A stretch of DNA of 63,997 bases, the filler included, from Basidioascus undulatus (Eukaryota): NCBI GenBank assembly GCA_000826855.1. It is 8 parts of 8 records of this genome, joined end to end, with 100 filler letters (N's around TTAATTAATTAA, not from the genome) between each part and the next. Parts side by side here need not be neighbours in the genome. Positions count along the whole stretch, not along the records: positions 1 to 26,188 come from JTLS01000194.1; 7 more parts are not named here. One strand, given 5' to 3'. A program made the translations under genes and the position numbers. Below are positions 10,917-23,525 of the stretch, one piece after another. Below the pieces are notes generated by a model. That model made no database searches and was not told the DNA's origin. It worked only from the letters and a program-made list of their open reading frames with translations. Positions within the stretch are counted from its first letter, which is position 1; each line of letters opens with the position of its first letter.

Positions 10917-12552
10917 ATGATCGCCTCTCGCTCGCTTCTCCTCCTCGCGACTACGCTGTTTCCCTCGGCCTTGGCTGTCGGGACTGCGCTTGGGTTTCGG
11001 CTCGGGTAGGTCCCTTCTTTTTCTTCTCTCCCTGAGCTTATAAGTTTTGTCTGAGTTTTCTTCATCCTCTGATCTTAGCTACGATCGGCGGCGGGTCTGC
11101 CGCACAGGCGACGCCGTCTTCGCTTGTCGAGCTCACCGAGTGGCTCAGCGACGACACCGCTCAGACCATCCTGCTCGACTGGGTTTGGGACTTCTCTTCC
11201 CACTACAGTAAGCGTGTTCGTTATCAAAGTCCCTCATTCCGTTACTGAGACTTGTCCACCGTACAGACACCGAGTCCGGCACGGTGTGCTACCCGTGGAC
11301 GTGCAGCCCGAATCCGCAGGCTGCGATCAATGCCAACGACTGGTGCGCCGTTGCGTTTCCTTTTATTAACACTCCAACTTTGTCCTCATGTCTCCCTGCT
11401 CCGTACAGGTGCACCAACTACGAGTCTGGCGCCTCCAAGGGCGCAGCCTGATGACGATGCAGCGGCGGAATCACTGACAGTCGGGTATTGGGCCATCCAC
11501 AGGTTACGACTCCGCCATCGGTGTGACCATTTCCAACAAAGTCTTTTACGGGCGCGAGGCGTACTCGCCGTACTGCAACAATCAGCACTACTGGGTTGCG
11601 CTGCTGGTTTGTCACTTTCGTCCACGGTCAAAGTGCTTGTCGCGCAATGGAGCTGACTGCGTATCTACAGACGGGCAAGGCCGACACCATCACACTCGCT
11701 CAGAACCAGTACGTTGTGCTGTATAACGCACTTGAAGCTATTTGACCCATCCTTTTAACTGTATGTAACTTATACAGACCAGCGGCCGTGGCCCTCACAT
11801 AGGTGGCACCTCGGGCTACAAGCAGCTCGTGCAGTATGTCGTCTTTTCTCCCATTCGCAGCTTGTCAGCCCTGGCTCACCGCTCTGACCGAATATCAGCA
11901 TCGTACAACTACTACCACAACATTGGGTCGTTCAGCCGAATGAATACCGGAAGAGGTGTGTTGACACTCAGTGGGGCAGTGGACGGCCACGCCATCGATG
12001 CCGAGACGGGCGCCTACACGATGGTTGAGGGGTATGCTACCCAGAACATTTGCAATGTGAAGGAAACGCGGGGAAGGCTGATTCGATTCTCAACAGCAAC
12101 TACTTCAACTCAGTCGAGACGCCCTCCTTGACCGAGTGCGAGGCAGCGCTGGAGCGCTTTCTTCCCTCGCCAAGATACACTGCTGACTATATGCGCAGGG
12201 TCCGAGTACTTCCCGACCTCCTCCTCGGAGGCGTCCGCCTGCTCGTCGAAGATCGGGCGGGCCTGCGCAGCCAACACTTTGGCCAGCTCCGGCTCGGTCA
12301 GCCGCCTTGACACCGCTGCCATCTCGGCGTTTGCTTCGGGTGCGTTATTTCCTCGCGTCCTCTCACGAAGAAGGCGCCGACGCTTGGAGCACTGACTGTG
12401 TTGTGTCGACAGAGTCCGCCGTCACCGGCTACAAGGTCCTGAGTGCTCAGGACTTCGCGAACTACGTTCAGGCCAACGCTGGCGTCGGCATCGTCAACTA
12501 TGCTCGGCGCAGGGAGTCCAGATGCACTGGGTATCTGGAGCCATGTTGCTAG
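10917..12552 (+). pseudogene. Secreted pectin lyase (PL1) with a large internal deletion
   Basis: Signal peptide MIASRSLLLLATTLFPSALA, then GFGSATIGGG, NDWCTNYE, TISN..YCNNQHYW, TSGRGP, GHAID and ANAGVG. The SNKxxxG..GGDAI..WIDH..GRQ block is absent between ~11445 and 11500. Confidence 0.8.
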
Positions 12553-12726
12553 TAATCGCGTCGGATGCATTATCTTCAAACGGCTATGTTCGGTTGCAAA
12601 GTAGTGGTCAAGCGCAGCAAGAAGGTGTCGTCAAGTATCAAATGATCGCTTGTTCAGCATATGACTTCTACGTCTAGCCAGCAAATAACAGATTATCTGT
12701 AACGGTCTTTATAGTCCTGATAGTCC

Positions 12727-14190
12727 TCAAAGCCTGCTGCGGCCCGCCTTGCCCTCCTCGATGACAGGATTGACCAGAGTCCCGATACCACCGCCAATGA
12801 CCACCCGGGTCTCGTCGCCGTGCTTCAGATAAACCGGCGGGTTGCGTGCTATATAAGTAAGAGTGTGAGCGTTACCGAAGGGGAGAGAGGATTGAACGCA
12901 GAAGCTGAGAACACATACCGAATCCGACGCCGGCGGGCTGAGCACAAAGAGGCTCAGCGATTGCGGTCAACAGCAAAGCGTAGGGTTGGTGAGTCACAAC
13001 ATACCGTGCCAGTCCAAATGAGTGAACCCGGAAGCAGGGTAGTGCCTTGGCTAAGGAACGCAATCGTCTTCGCAAGCCCGAAGATCTGGTCCCTGGATGC
13101 GGACATTGGCGATCAGCCTGACGATCAAGATCTGAAAACATAACTGTGCTACGCACTTAGTTGTCCCGTCCTGCAACTTCTCCCCGTTGACCTCAATGCC
13201 GATCGGGAGGTTCTGCGGGTCACGGATGACATTCACGGACACGAGGGCCGGCCCCCATGGCGCACTGCCATCGAACGACTTCGAGAATCCCCATTGACCG
13301 CCCGCAAACTGGTGAGTGCGGAAGGACACGTCGTTGCCGGCCGTGTACCCAAGGACATAGTCCAAAGCCTCAGACTCGGACACGTCCCTTGCAGGCCGAC
13401 CGATAACGACAACCAGCTCACTGTGGGACACGGATGACGGTCAAGACCGTGCTTACAGAGGACGATGCCTCTGCACTCACGCCTCGTAGTCTGATTGGTT
13501 CTCCTTCGCAGGTTGAGCGACGCGAGGAATAATGATGGGTGAGAACGGGTCGCCTAGTTCGTTCAAGTGCCAGGGAATCTCAGTAACAGGGAAATCGATC
13601 AAAGCAAAGAACACGCACCCAGAGCCGTAGTGGGCTTGTAGAACAGAATAGGCTGCTTCGGGATAGCAAGCTTGCACTCCTCCTACAGATACAGACCGTT
13701 AGTCCTATCTGATCAGTCAAGAGATCAACCTGGCGACGAACAGCGTGGTCACGGTAGTCTACAGGCGAGGGCAGTCAGAGTCGAAAGGCTTGACATCGCA
13801 AAGAACTAGCACGTACTGAGCCCCAGGAAACGGACGGTCCCGACCTCCTCGCTAGCAAGAGGTGCCAGCAGTCGCTTAACGGTACGAATCTGTGCATTTG
13901 CTCCCAATTTGTCAGTGTGCGCTTCTGAAGAGGAGAACGTGAGAAGGCATGAAACGCACTTCGCGAGTTGGCCGAGCCTCGAGATCCAGCGCAGTGGACG
14001 AGTTCAGGATGTACGCCTTGGGGGCGCTAGCAACTCCAACTGTAGGAAGATGAGGGTTTCAATGTTGTCTTCCAGGAAGCACGATAATGGACGCACTATC
14101 CGCCTCGGCATCAGCCGGCTCCCCGACGTAGGTCTTCCCATCCTCCACCGCGACGAAGCGGATGAGGCGCTTCCAGTTAGTGTGGACCAT
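12727..14190 (-). CDS. Fumarylacetoacetate hydrolase (FAH) family protein
   Basis: MVHTNWKRLIRFVAVEDG.., DYE(A)ELVVVIGR, YVLGYTAGNDVSFR, WGFSKSFDGSAPWGP, QGTTLLPGSLIWTGT and YLKHGDE..IGTLVNPV. Confidence 0.92.
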
Positions 14191-14674
14191 TCTAGCTTGC
14201 ACCAAGAGAGTGAGTGTAGAGAGTGATGTGTGAAGCGGGCGTAGGATTGATGAACGAGTGAGAGACATGGATGAGAAGGAGGAAAGGTGAGCCCAAGTGA
14301 GCGGTGGAAGGGACCGACGGGACGCCGCCCTCAAGCGTCGGCGGCGTGGCAGCCGGTTGCGAGCGGGCCGGTCAGTCCTCGGAGTCGCCGACAGGCCTCA
14401 TTCTGGTCACGTAACAAAACAGCAATGTTCTGGAAACCTCAGCTGGTTGTACACCTATGCAGGAAACATGTTCACCGGAGTTGACGAAAAAGACAGTTTC
14501 GCCCTCCGGGCTCGCCCTTAGGACGATCCACATGTAACCTCACCCTGCCCTCATGGGCGCTCGATGCAGCTTTCATTGCTTCGTCGAAATTGAATCCCAA
14601 AAGTGCCCATTCGGCCAGCCAATATCTTTTCAAGCAAATCCACGCATTCATAGCAGTTTCGTTTAACAATGTGA

Positions 14675-15770
14675 TCAAGGCGCGGCATTGAGACGCCGGT
14701 AGGCATCCTCGATCTGAGCAACGAAGTCCTGTGGATCATGCCCGCCCTAGAAACAGCATTCGTCAGTGTAAGTGTTTGAGATCGCCTGAGTCATTGAACT
14801 CACCTCGCACTCTGTGTTCATCAATACGGTTTTCTGTGTAAGCGCCGCGCACGCTCGACTTGATGTTACCCTTAAGGGCATGCGTACCTTTCCATCGGCC
14901 GTCGTGCACGCAAACCTAGGGTGCCCTACCGAGTCAACCCCAACTCTTCCAGCTAAGACGAGTGACGTAGGCGTACCTTTCGACCTTGAATCACAATCGT
15001 ACAGCTCAGCAGCCAGCCTGACGTTTTCGAGTGCTTCACGCTCTCGCGCAACAGCTGCACGCCTTCCTTGCCATCGGCGCATTCTTTCAATCCGTCCTTC
15101 TCCCAATCCGCACCCGCGACGCGAGCGCACTCGCGTGCCACGCTTTCAGAGCCGATCCTTTGGCGCCCGTTGTAGTTCTGAGGAAGGATATGAGCTAGGG
15201 CTAGGGGTTGGCGTTGCGCGCGGACATACCTGGCAACTAACGAACGCCCACCATTCCTTCAGCCGCGGACGGTGCTTTGCCACGCAAAGCTGCTGAACGT
15301 TCCCGGCGCATTCCTGCTCTCCGATAGTGAGCAACTGCGGCACCATCAGCGAGTCTTTGCTCGCACCTCCTCGCCGTGCATGCACGTCACTCCGTAACGG
15401 GACTCTGTTGAGTTGAGTTGTCCGATGTAGCTCAGAGAGAAGTCGATCTTGTCCACGGTACGGTCGACGACCTTGTCGAACACCGCCTCGCATACCGCCT
15501 GCATCTCGTTCCGTAAGAATCATACCAATAACCTCGAATGACGTTCTCCTCACCGCGTCAGGGCAGCGACTCATGACGGCCACTTGAGGCGAATTTTCAG
15601 CTTCGCACAGACCCGATTCTTGTGAAATTGTGCGCACGCGTTACGGGAACCTTGATATCCTTTCCTTCTCCCACCTCCATGCTCATCGGACGCTGAGCGT
15701 TCCAAGCGAACGGAGACGCCACGGCCGCTACGATACAGGTAGCTGCTACGGCAACCGTGAGCAGACGCAT
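14675..15770 (-). CDS. GILT (gamma-interferon-inducible lysosomal thiol reductase)-like secreted protein
   Basis: Signal peptide MRLLTVAVAATCIVAAVA, then VMSRCPDA|AVCE, VTCMHGEE-ECAGNVQQLCV, WWAFVSCQ, EGVQLLRESV and SCTIVI. Confidence 0.88.
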
Positions 15771-17786
15771 TGTTGTTTGGGTGTTATTAGGGACGTGAGG
15801 AGATGAGGCCAGAAGCAACCGAGCAAGAGCCGCAGAGGAGCTCAGAGGACCAAGAACCGGATGACGTCTTCGAAACGCGATGTGAGCACCAACTGAAACG
15901 GTCGCCTGATCACGCGTGAGCTTTCTTTGCAACTAAAAAAAGACCCGCTGTGTTGCAGCGCTGTGTGCTTAACTTCAACCGCGAAAAGATTTGAAGGCGC
16001 CTCGTGAGGGATAATTCATAATTACAGTAGTCGCCTGGAAGCAGTGAAGATACGGTGAGAAACGTAATCCATGACCCGTTGATACCGGCATGAGAGGAAC
16101 AGGGCAATTGCAATGTCGACACAGGTCCCTTGCAAACGGATACGCCGTATGATTGAGCGGTTGGCGTGTTCGCTCACTATTAGAGGATGGCCCTAGCCAC
16201 GTGCAATATATGGCAACCAGCTGCTACGGACTTTAGGCCGCTTGGGTACTGCGCTGTTCGAACAAAGCAAGCGCCGTCCGGCACACCCGGGGCATGCTTG
16301 TCAGCACACAGCCGGGAATGTTACTAATAACAGTCTTAATGATAAAATAAGAAAAGAGCCCGACTGGCAAGCTGTGCAGTTGCAAGCTCTCCAAGGCTCT
16401 CGCTGCGATCATGACTGTGATTGACTGCAGATTTACATCGACCTATTTTTCCCTTTTCTTTCTAGGCATTGATCCTGCTACATGCGCTTATGTAGTAGTG
16501 TGCATACACTCCGGAACTGTGGCCGATCAGCTAGCTCAAAGCACAAACAAAGGGGTGACTGAGCAAAGTAGATCAATAAGGTCCGCTTTTCTCAACGTAC
16601 GGGGAGTGTCTCGAGTTACGGCCATGGAGTTACATTGTATTTTTTTTACAAAAGATCTCCAAGAGGTTTAAGCAAGAAAAAACAGAGGCAAAAGCAGTAG
16701 TAATCGTCTGTAGCCGGTTGAAGACTGCCTTGATCTGTCAGAATTTGTTGAAATCGAAGTGGCAGTTGCGAGTGTGGGACTACTTAACGACAGCTCGAAG
16801 GAGAATATCCTAATATACCTACTGAAGGTACAGCCTGAAATCTTACCTATGCAGGCTACGCACATCGCTGTGGATAAAAGGGTAGGTGCATCTACCGCTT
16901 CGACTGTTCACGACTGGCGGCCGCAATCCCGCTTCCAGCTCCAACTCTCGCCAACATTTGTGCTTCCTTCTTTCAGAGGGTCTATTACATCTGTCTTCGC
17001 TCCGTCAATTGCACAAGTAAGTAGTTGATTGATTGCAAGTAGATACTGTCGACGGTTCAATTATCCGATTGGAAGACCGGCCGATTTGTCTTCTCCTGTC
17101 GTGGTACAAAATTGGTTCTTACAGCTCCCGGTAACCAGTTCAATTTGTAGCGTTTGACATTAGGCAATAAAGAAGTGAACTGATTGAGTTGACTTCGGAA
17201 TTCAAGCGGCGAGAGCCGTCCTCAATGGTGCGGTTAGCCGAGGTGCATCCCGCCGGCGAACACCCGCCGCTTCGACTGCGGCCAACTGCGACTTTCTCGA
17301 TCTCTTTCCTTGTTGCTTGCGTTCTCGTCCTTCGCATCTTTCGGACCCCTTTGAGCGAAAGGGCTCGTGCGCTTCTCCGAGACTTTTCCCTCGTTTGCCC
17401 CACTTGCCCCCGCACCGACGGTTGTCTATCCCGAGTGCTCGGTCCCTGATGTTGCGCTAGGCGAGAGTGGTACCGCGTGTTCAGGGCCTTCACCGAATCG
17501 CTGGTCGAGCTCAATCATGAAAGTAAGTACCACAAGTAGACAAGTCTGTCAGAGCGATCTGGCGAGTGCATTCATTGTCCTGCATGTCGGGAGCCGGGAA
17601 GGTGGCCTTAAGATGTAAGGCACAGGTGTCCTGCGTCCTGTGTTCTCACCACCACCTCTCTCGTCAAGTTCAGCCTCCACTCTTCGTTCTCTGTTTTTTC
17701 TGTTCTCCACGTGGTCAGTCTCGCTACGAGCGACTCAAGAGCCTGACGTTCTCTTCATCACCAACCAACATCAACTCGTGAAGGTC

Positions 17787-19838
17787 ATGCATGGCCTTGA
17801 GCCGCGCTTCGACAACGATGCGATCAGTGTCACCTCATCTTCCCAACGAGCGGGTCTAACGGTTCGTCCCTCCCTGCTCCGTTCATGCTTGCCCGTGCGG
17901 GAAGGTGTTCAATGCCCAGCTTACGCCAGCCTGACAGGTCATCGCTGTATCCGGCCTTCTTAGCACCATCACCACCGTCTCTCTTTTGGGTTGGATCGTT
18001 GTGCGTGGCGGAATGCCGTGTTCCTTCTGGACGACCACCCCTGACATTCAGCTCCGCCTAGTGGAACGCATATTTCTGTCAAGCGGCACGAGACGCACCG
18101 CCCGGGTCGAAAAGTGGTTGGCGGGGCTTTGTCCGCTCTGATTCGGGCTTGTACCTGCTAAGTCTATTGACGGGTAACCTGCTCGTGGGTCTCCGTACCT
18201 CAGAGTGCCGAAGCGATACAGAAGTAGGCTGACCGGACGTGATGCGTTTGCAGCATGGTGTCGGGTTGTGAGTAATGGCTCCGGCACAGCTTCAGCTGAA
18301 GCCGCTGATAGTCTTGCTTGTTCCCAGCTCCATGAATTTTGCCTGGACCGGGAAAGCATCACCACAGAACGGTCCAGTATGCGCCGCCCAGGGTACGTTC
18401 ATCGACTTCCCTCCCCTCGCAAGAGGAACGACGAAGATTGGAGTTGACCTCTTCGTTCTGAGTAGGATTCATCATAGCGATGGGGGATCTGTCCACTGTG
18501 TTTTGGACATTCGCAATCGGGTTGCAGTGAGTGTTCCTTGCACACCTACACCCATAAAGCATAACTGAGGTGGCCCCGTCTCCTAGTACCTTCGTATTGC
18601 TATTCTTGGCGCGACGCCCCCCCTCATGGAGCGCGCCCACAGCCCTCATATTTGGCTGGGCAGTCGTCTTCATCCTGCCCATTCTCGGCGTCACGGTTTT
18701 GGACAAGAAGGACGACCAGTTCTTCACTGGCGACGGATCTCTCTGGTGCTGGGTTGGAGGCGACCGCGACGTACGTGCGATTATGAAAAGCCTGGAGATA
18801 AGACAGTTCTCTGACCAAAGAGCTCATATGCGCAAGGTTGAGAAACTGTTGTACTTCTATGTATGTTGACGGTTGCTCGACGGCGCGCCCTGAGAGGCCT
18901 GAGAGAAGGATGCTCACGTTCATCCCCTGCACAGGTCTGGGCGTTCATCTGCCTCTTCTCCTCCCTCGTCTTCTACGTCCTCATCTACGTCCGCACCATC
19001 GGGATATTCTCTGTCGGCGCCGGCCGGCCGGCGATGCCCCGCCCAAAGAACGGCTCGCGGTGGTCTTGCGTCGCGCCGTGGGCGGTCAAGGACTTCGGCG
19101 GGGCCTCCAGCTCGAACAACGCCGGTACAAGCGACGGCACGGGGTCCGGCTCGGGTCAGGCGTCGGGCAGCAACAACGCTTCACGTAAGACGTTCGAAGT
19201 GGGCAAGCACGTTCAGAACGTCGCGAGGAAGCTCCTGCTCTACGTGCGTCCTCTTTTGTGTAGCTCGGCGGGCAGCCACCTATTGCAACCAGCTGAACAT
19301 GAGCCATTTTTAGCCTGTCATTTATACCTTTGTTCTAGTACCGGTCTCTGTGGTCAAGTTCGGTAGTTTCTCAGGATGGGTTGCCCCCTTCGGGCTGGTC
19401 GTCTTCAGCGGCGTCATCTTCGCCTTGTCTGGTCAGCCTCTTCCACCTCTTCAGTCTCCGCAACATCTTCAGTATCTTACCATGGGGACGGATATACAGG
19501 TCTCGCGGATGCCATCCTATTCATTTTCACCCGGTCCGTCACCACCCTCCACGCCTTCTGGGGTCAAAGAACCATGCTCACTCATTCCCTTATCCGCACC
19601 GTCCAGCCACTCCTTCATCCGCACCACTATCCGCTCGCGCTCGCGCCCACGCATCGAGGTGTCCACGCACCAGGTGACGACGGTCATCGAGATGAACGGC
19701 ACGCGGCTCGACGTGGACGAGGACGACTCGGACATCAGCGTGCATGGCTTGTCCGAGATCTCGGAGGGGAAGAAGGAGGATGTGGAGTCCGTCGCGAGTC
19801 GCTCGCAGCTGTGGCAGCAGCCTTCGTATAATCAGTAG
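17787..19838 (+). CDS. Seven-TM Git3/Gpr1/cAMP-receptor-like GPCR, multi-exon
   Basis: Hydrophobic exons VIAVSGLLSTITTVSLLGWIV, VCAAQG-FIIAMGDLSTVFWTFAIG, WCWV, VWAFICLFSSLVFYVLIY, VARKLLLYPVIY and SGVIFALSGLADAILFIFTR, followed by an S/D-rich tail. An upstream ATG-AAA|GTAAGT exon near 17517 may extend the N-terminus. Confidence 0.8.
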
Positions 19839-21668
19839 TGCATTTATTGGGTTTCGTGTTAGCTATCCATGGCACGTCGCACGAAAGTCAACGCACTCGT
19901 CAGAATCGGCAGCGATGCTGCGCTGTCACCTTCACACTGAAGCACCAGGCTCAGATCCTCGACATGAGTCTATCCCCGCGGTGTGCCATGGTTTGGGCTG
20001 CACACACCGAGTCGCACAACCAGCTGTTTTTCTCCGGGGCCCACCTCCTCTTCTTTACGTCACCTGCGTCCAAACGTCTCTTGTGCCGTTTCGGCTTCCC
20101 TGCAAGACTACTGGCGAACAGCTACGGATTGTACCATCCATAATGCCCTCGAAAGTCCAACCAGTGGCCACTGAGTGCTTGACAAAAAAGTACAAACTGC
20201 AACAAGAGTCGGAGATCCCTTCCCGATTATTTTACACCTGAGCGCAAAACAACTCTTTGCAGCGCACGATGTTCAGTTGGCTGCAGGGACCTCGGTCCAG
20301 GTGCAGTCCAGGCAAACACTTAGTAGTCTTCTCCCGGCAAAGCTTCAACCTCGGTAGATATGCCAGCGATCTGAACGTGTCCAGGGAAATACTCTAGGAC
20401 CCTTCACAAGGGCGGAGCCTTTCAGAGTCAGTGTCATGGAACAGCGAAGTGAATGCGAGGTCGTGGTGCGAAGGCCCTATCGACAAACACTCTTCTGCCC
20501 ACTGGGTCTCCTGACTCTTTCTGACTGTATTGGGTCGTGACAGAACGCTTGCCAGGCGGGGTGCGCATCGACAGCATAAACTGTTCTCGCCGCGACACGT
20601 CGGTCACGTCATTGGATTTTCACCGCTGTCTGCGTGCACCCGTGTTCACCTAGGATGTCCAGGGCCGGACAAGGGGCGAATGCTTGGCAAACACCTTGTG
20701 CTCAGGCAAGCTCTCCGCCGTAGAAGGGCTGTTACACGAACATCAGCCAGCGATAGAAAGCAGACGGTCGAAGGCGAACATCTCAAGGATCGACTGATTC
20801 ATGTGTGCCTCCCTCAGCGGCTGTTGTGTGACACAGCTTCAGAAGGGATTCTCCTGCATCCTCAAGACACATATGAGATATACGGTCGTTGTCGTCGAAG
20901 TACTGGTGACTGACGTCCGGTAGAAAGTGCTAACTAAATTTGGCAGCTTGCACGACCGACAGAAAATTGTACAGTGGAGCGGGGAGGCGGACGATGGATG
21001 ACTCGCTAGATTGCGCGACGACCTCCGCGGGTCTGGACTGCGTCCACAACAGTGGAGCTGAATAAATGTATGTCTGCAGAGTACGGTTAGTGCGAGAAGC
21101 AGAAAGAACGACGAGCGAGGTGGTGCGTAGTTGACAAAGCGAGCGGGGAAACGGCCGTTGGGGGCGTTGGCAGGCCGTGGTGCATCAGGCGATGGGTGAC
21201 TGCGCCATCATGACTGATCTGACCTGCCTGCCTGACCTGCCTGACCTGCATCTCTTCCTCACGCCATCAAGTCTCCTCGTCCTCGCGCTCATAATTCTCG
21301 CAGTTGCACTCATTGTCCTCCCCATCGCCGCCAGCACACGTGCAGTCCTTGGCGACGCACACATCCAGCCCACGTCGCCGCAGCGAGCGCCGTAGCTGAC
21401 AGCGCGCTTGCCGTCATTCACAGCTCGCTAGCTGCTGCGCTGCCCGCCCCTAGACAATCTCCATTCGACTCGACTCGACCCTCGCGACTCCCCCCTCGCA
21501 CAACATCCACCCTCGGGCTTGAACATACTCGACTTCATCTTCACGCCTCGTCCGTTTCCATTCCCGGCTCTGCCCGCACTCGTCGAGCTTCGCGGCGGAC
21601 AACCATCGGCAGCCTCACGGCTTCTCACCCAACTCACTCAGCGCCCATCTCTCGCGCCCCGTCTCGTC

Positions 21669-22749
21669 ATGGCCCGCTCATCAGCGCCCCCCACAGCGTG
21701 CTTCTGTATCTCAGCCCGGTATGTCTGTGTTTCAGGGTGCTGGAGATGGCGCAGGAAGAGGTGGAAGGAGTGGCCAAACTGACGCGCCTGGCATTGGACC
21801 TCCTATCATCATCAAGCACCGCGACGCTCCTCCTCGCGGCCGCGTACGCCGTCTCGCACGCGTCGACGTGCTGGACCGTCTTCAACCTCGCTCAGGCCGA
21901 CGCGCTCTCGGACGAGAACGACCCGCAGGCGCGCCTCGGCGCGAACCTCCTCTTCGCGACGGGCTTCTACACCCTCATAGGCTGCATATTCAGTCTCGCA
22001 GGCCTCTATGGCGTCCTCTCCGTGCGTGTCGTTACCCATGTCTCTCATCCCGAGCCTTCATCCCCGCATGCTATCTGACTCAACCTCGTATCACCTTCCC
22101 CGCAGCCCCACCTCCCCTCCCTCCATGCCTTCCGCATCTTCATCTTCACCGACCTTGCCCTTTCCGCCGTTGTCTTCGCCCTCGTCGGCCCGCTGTGCCT
22201 GACCGAGGGCGTGCGCGACACGCTCTGCGACGACCTCACGAGCCGTGAGAGCCTCCGGCGTCTGCGCCGCACGGAGGAGGAGAGCTGCGAGGACGCGCTG
22301 CGTGGGCTCGTCCTCATTTCTCTCGTGGGGATGGCCGTAGTGCTTGCCGTTCGCGTGAGTCCCCCGTCCCTCTCTCTCTAACCGCACTTCTTCTGTGCCT
22401 TCGCTCACCTCCCACCCCCCGCCTCCAGCTCTACCTCGCGATAACCATCCACCGCTATACGCAGCACCTCAAGCGCGTGCTCACCCTCTGCCCGACGGAC
22501 CCGACCACAGGGCTGCTCGTCCTGCCCGCGGACGCGCCGCCCCCGGCGGGCGCGCACCCCGCCATGCGCGGTTACATCCTCTACTCGCCCGATGTGCCGA
22601 CCGCGTACCCGAGCGCACACAAGCGGCAGCCATCGTGGGTCGTCAGCGCGCCGCAGCCGGACGAAGAGCAGGCGCAGGAGGGGCAGATCGCGCTCCCCAT
22701 CCGGCCGGGCGAGGGGCTCCTCCCGTCTTCGGGAAGGTCCCGCCGTTGA
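21669..22749 (+). CDS. Four-TM membrane protein with Cys-containing loop (tetraspanin/LAPTM-like, uncharacterised)
   Basis: MARSSAPPTACFCISAR|TATLLLAAAYAV (intron GTATGT..AAG), LIGCIFSLAGLYGV, LC..LCDD..CED loop and a fourth hydrophobic helix. TGA 22749. Confidence 0.65.
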
Positions 22750-23525
22750 GCGGGCGCAGCAGCTGAGAGTCTCTGCTATGCCCCTTCCCCTCCTGCTCGG
22801 TTCCCGATCACGACTTGCCCGATCTTCATGCCCCTCTTTGTTGTTGTAGTATTTCCACTCTCGCACACACCCCACCGCCCCCACGCACCCCGTACCACTC
22901 CGCTATACGCCGGACCTCACATTCATTATTGGGACTCTGCTCGCATTCTATTCTCCCGCACACCCCACCCACCACCTCCCTGCCCCCGCCATGTCTCCCT
23001 CTTGGAACCCTTCCTCATCTCCAAACCCTGACCGTTACACACCCCACCCGCCCATATCCCTTCCGCTCGCGAGCTCCGCCTACTGTCTCCTCCTGTCTTC
23101 TTGGCTCCTCTCCTCTCCTCCTCGCTCTCCTTCCGTATAAGTCACGACATACACTGCGTTTCCTGGAGCGGAGCCGCGCGCGTGAACAGTCCGCATAGCA
23201 GAGGATCACATCTCAGACCGAGTCCGCCAACTTGATCTTCGCACAACAACAGCAATCGCGACTACAAGCGACATCAAAGTCGCAAAACCGAGGCGGACAT
23301 AGCTCGACAGTCCTACACTTCCACAGTCAGCGCAGGCCGAGCCCGCCAACCAACGATACAAAGATTGCAGCAGCGGCAGAAAGCGAGCAAGCAGAACTGC
23401 GCAAAGAAAATCGAAAACAGTGCAAGACGTTCCTTCCAATGTCAAATCATTCTTCGTCTGCCCTAACCCTCCCTCTCTTCCTCACGCCACAACCCAGCCT
23501 GCCCATCCCTTCCTCCTGCCCACTC

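Noticed and set aside
21215..21250. CTGACCTGC tandem repeats and the hydrophobic ORF 21177-21395
   Set aside because: A simple low-complexity repeat with no evidence of function.
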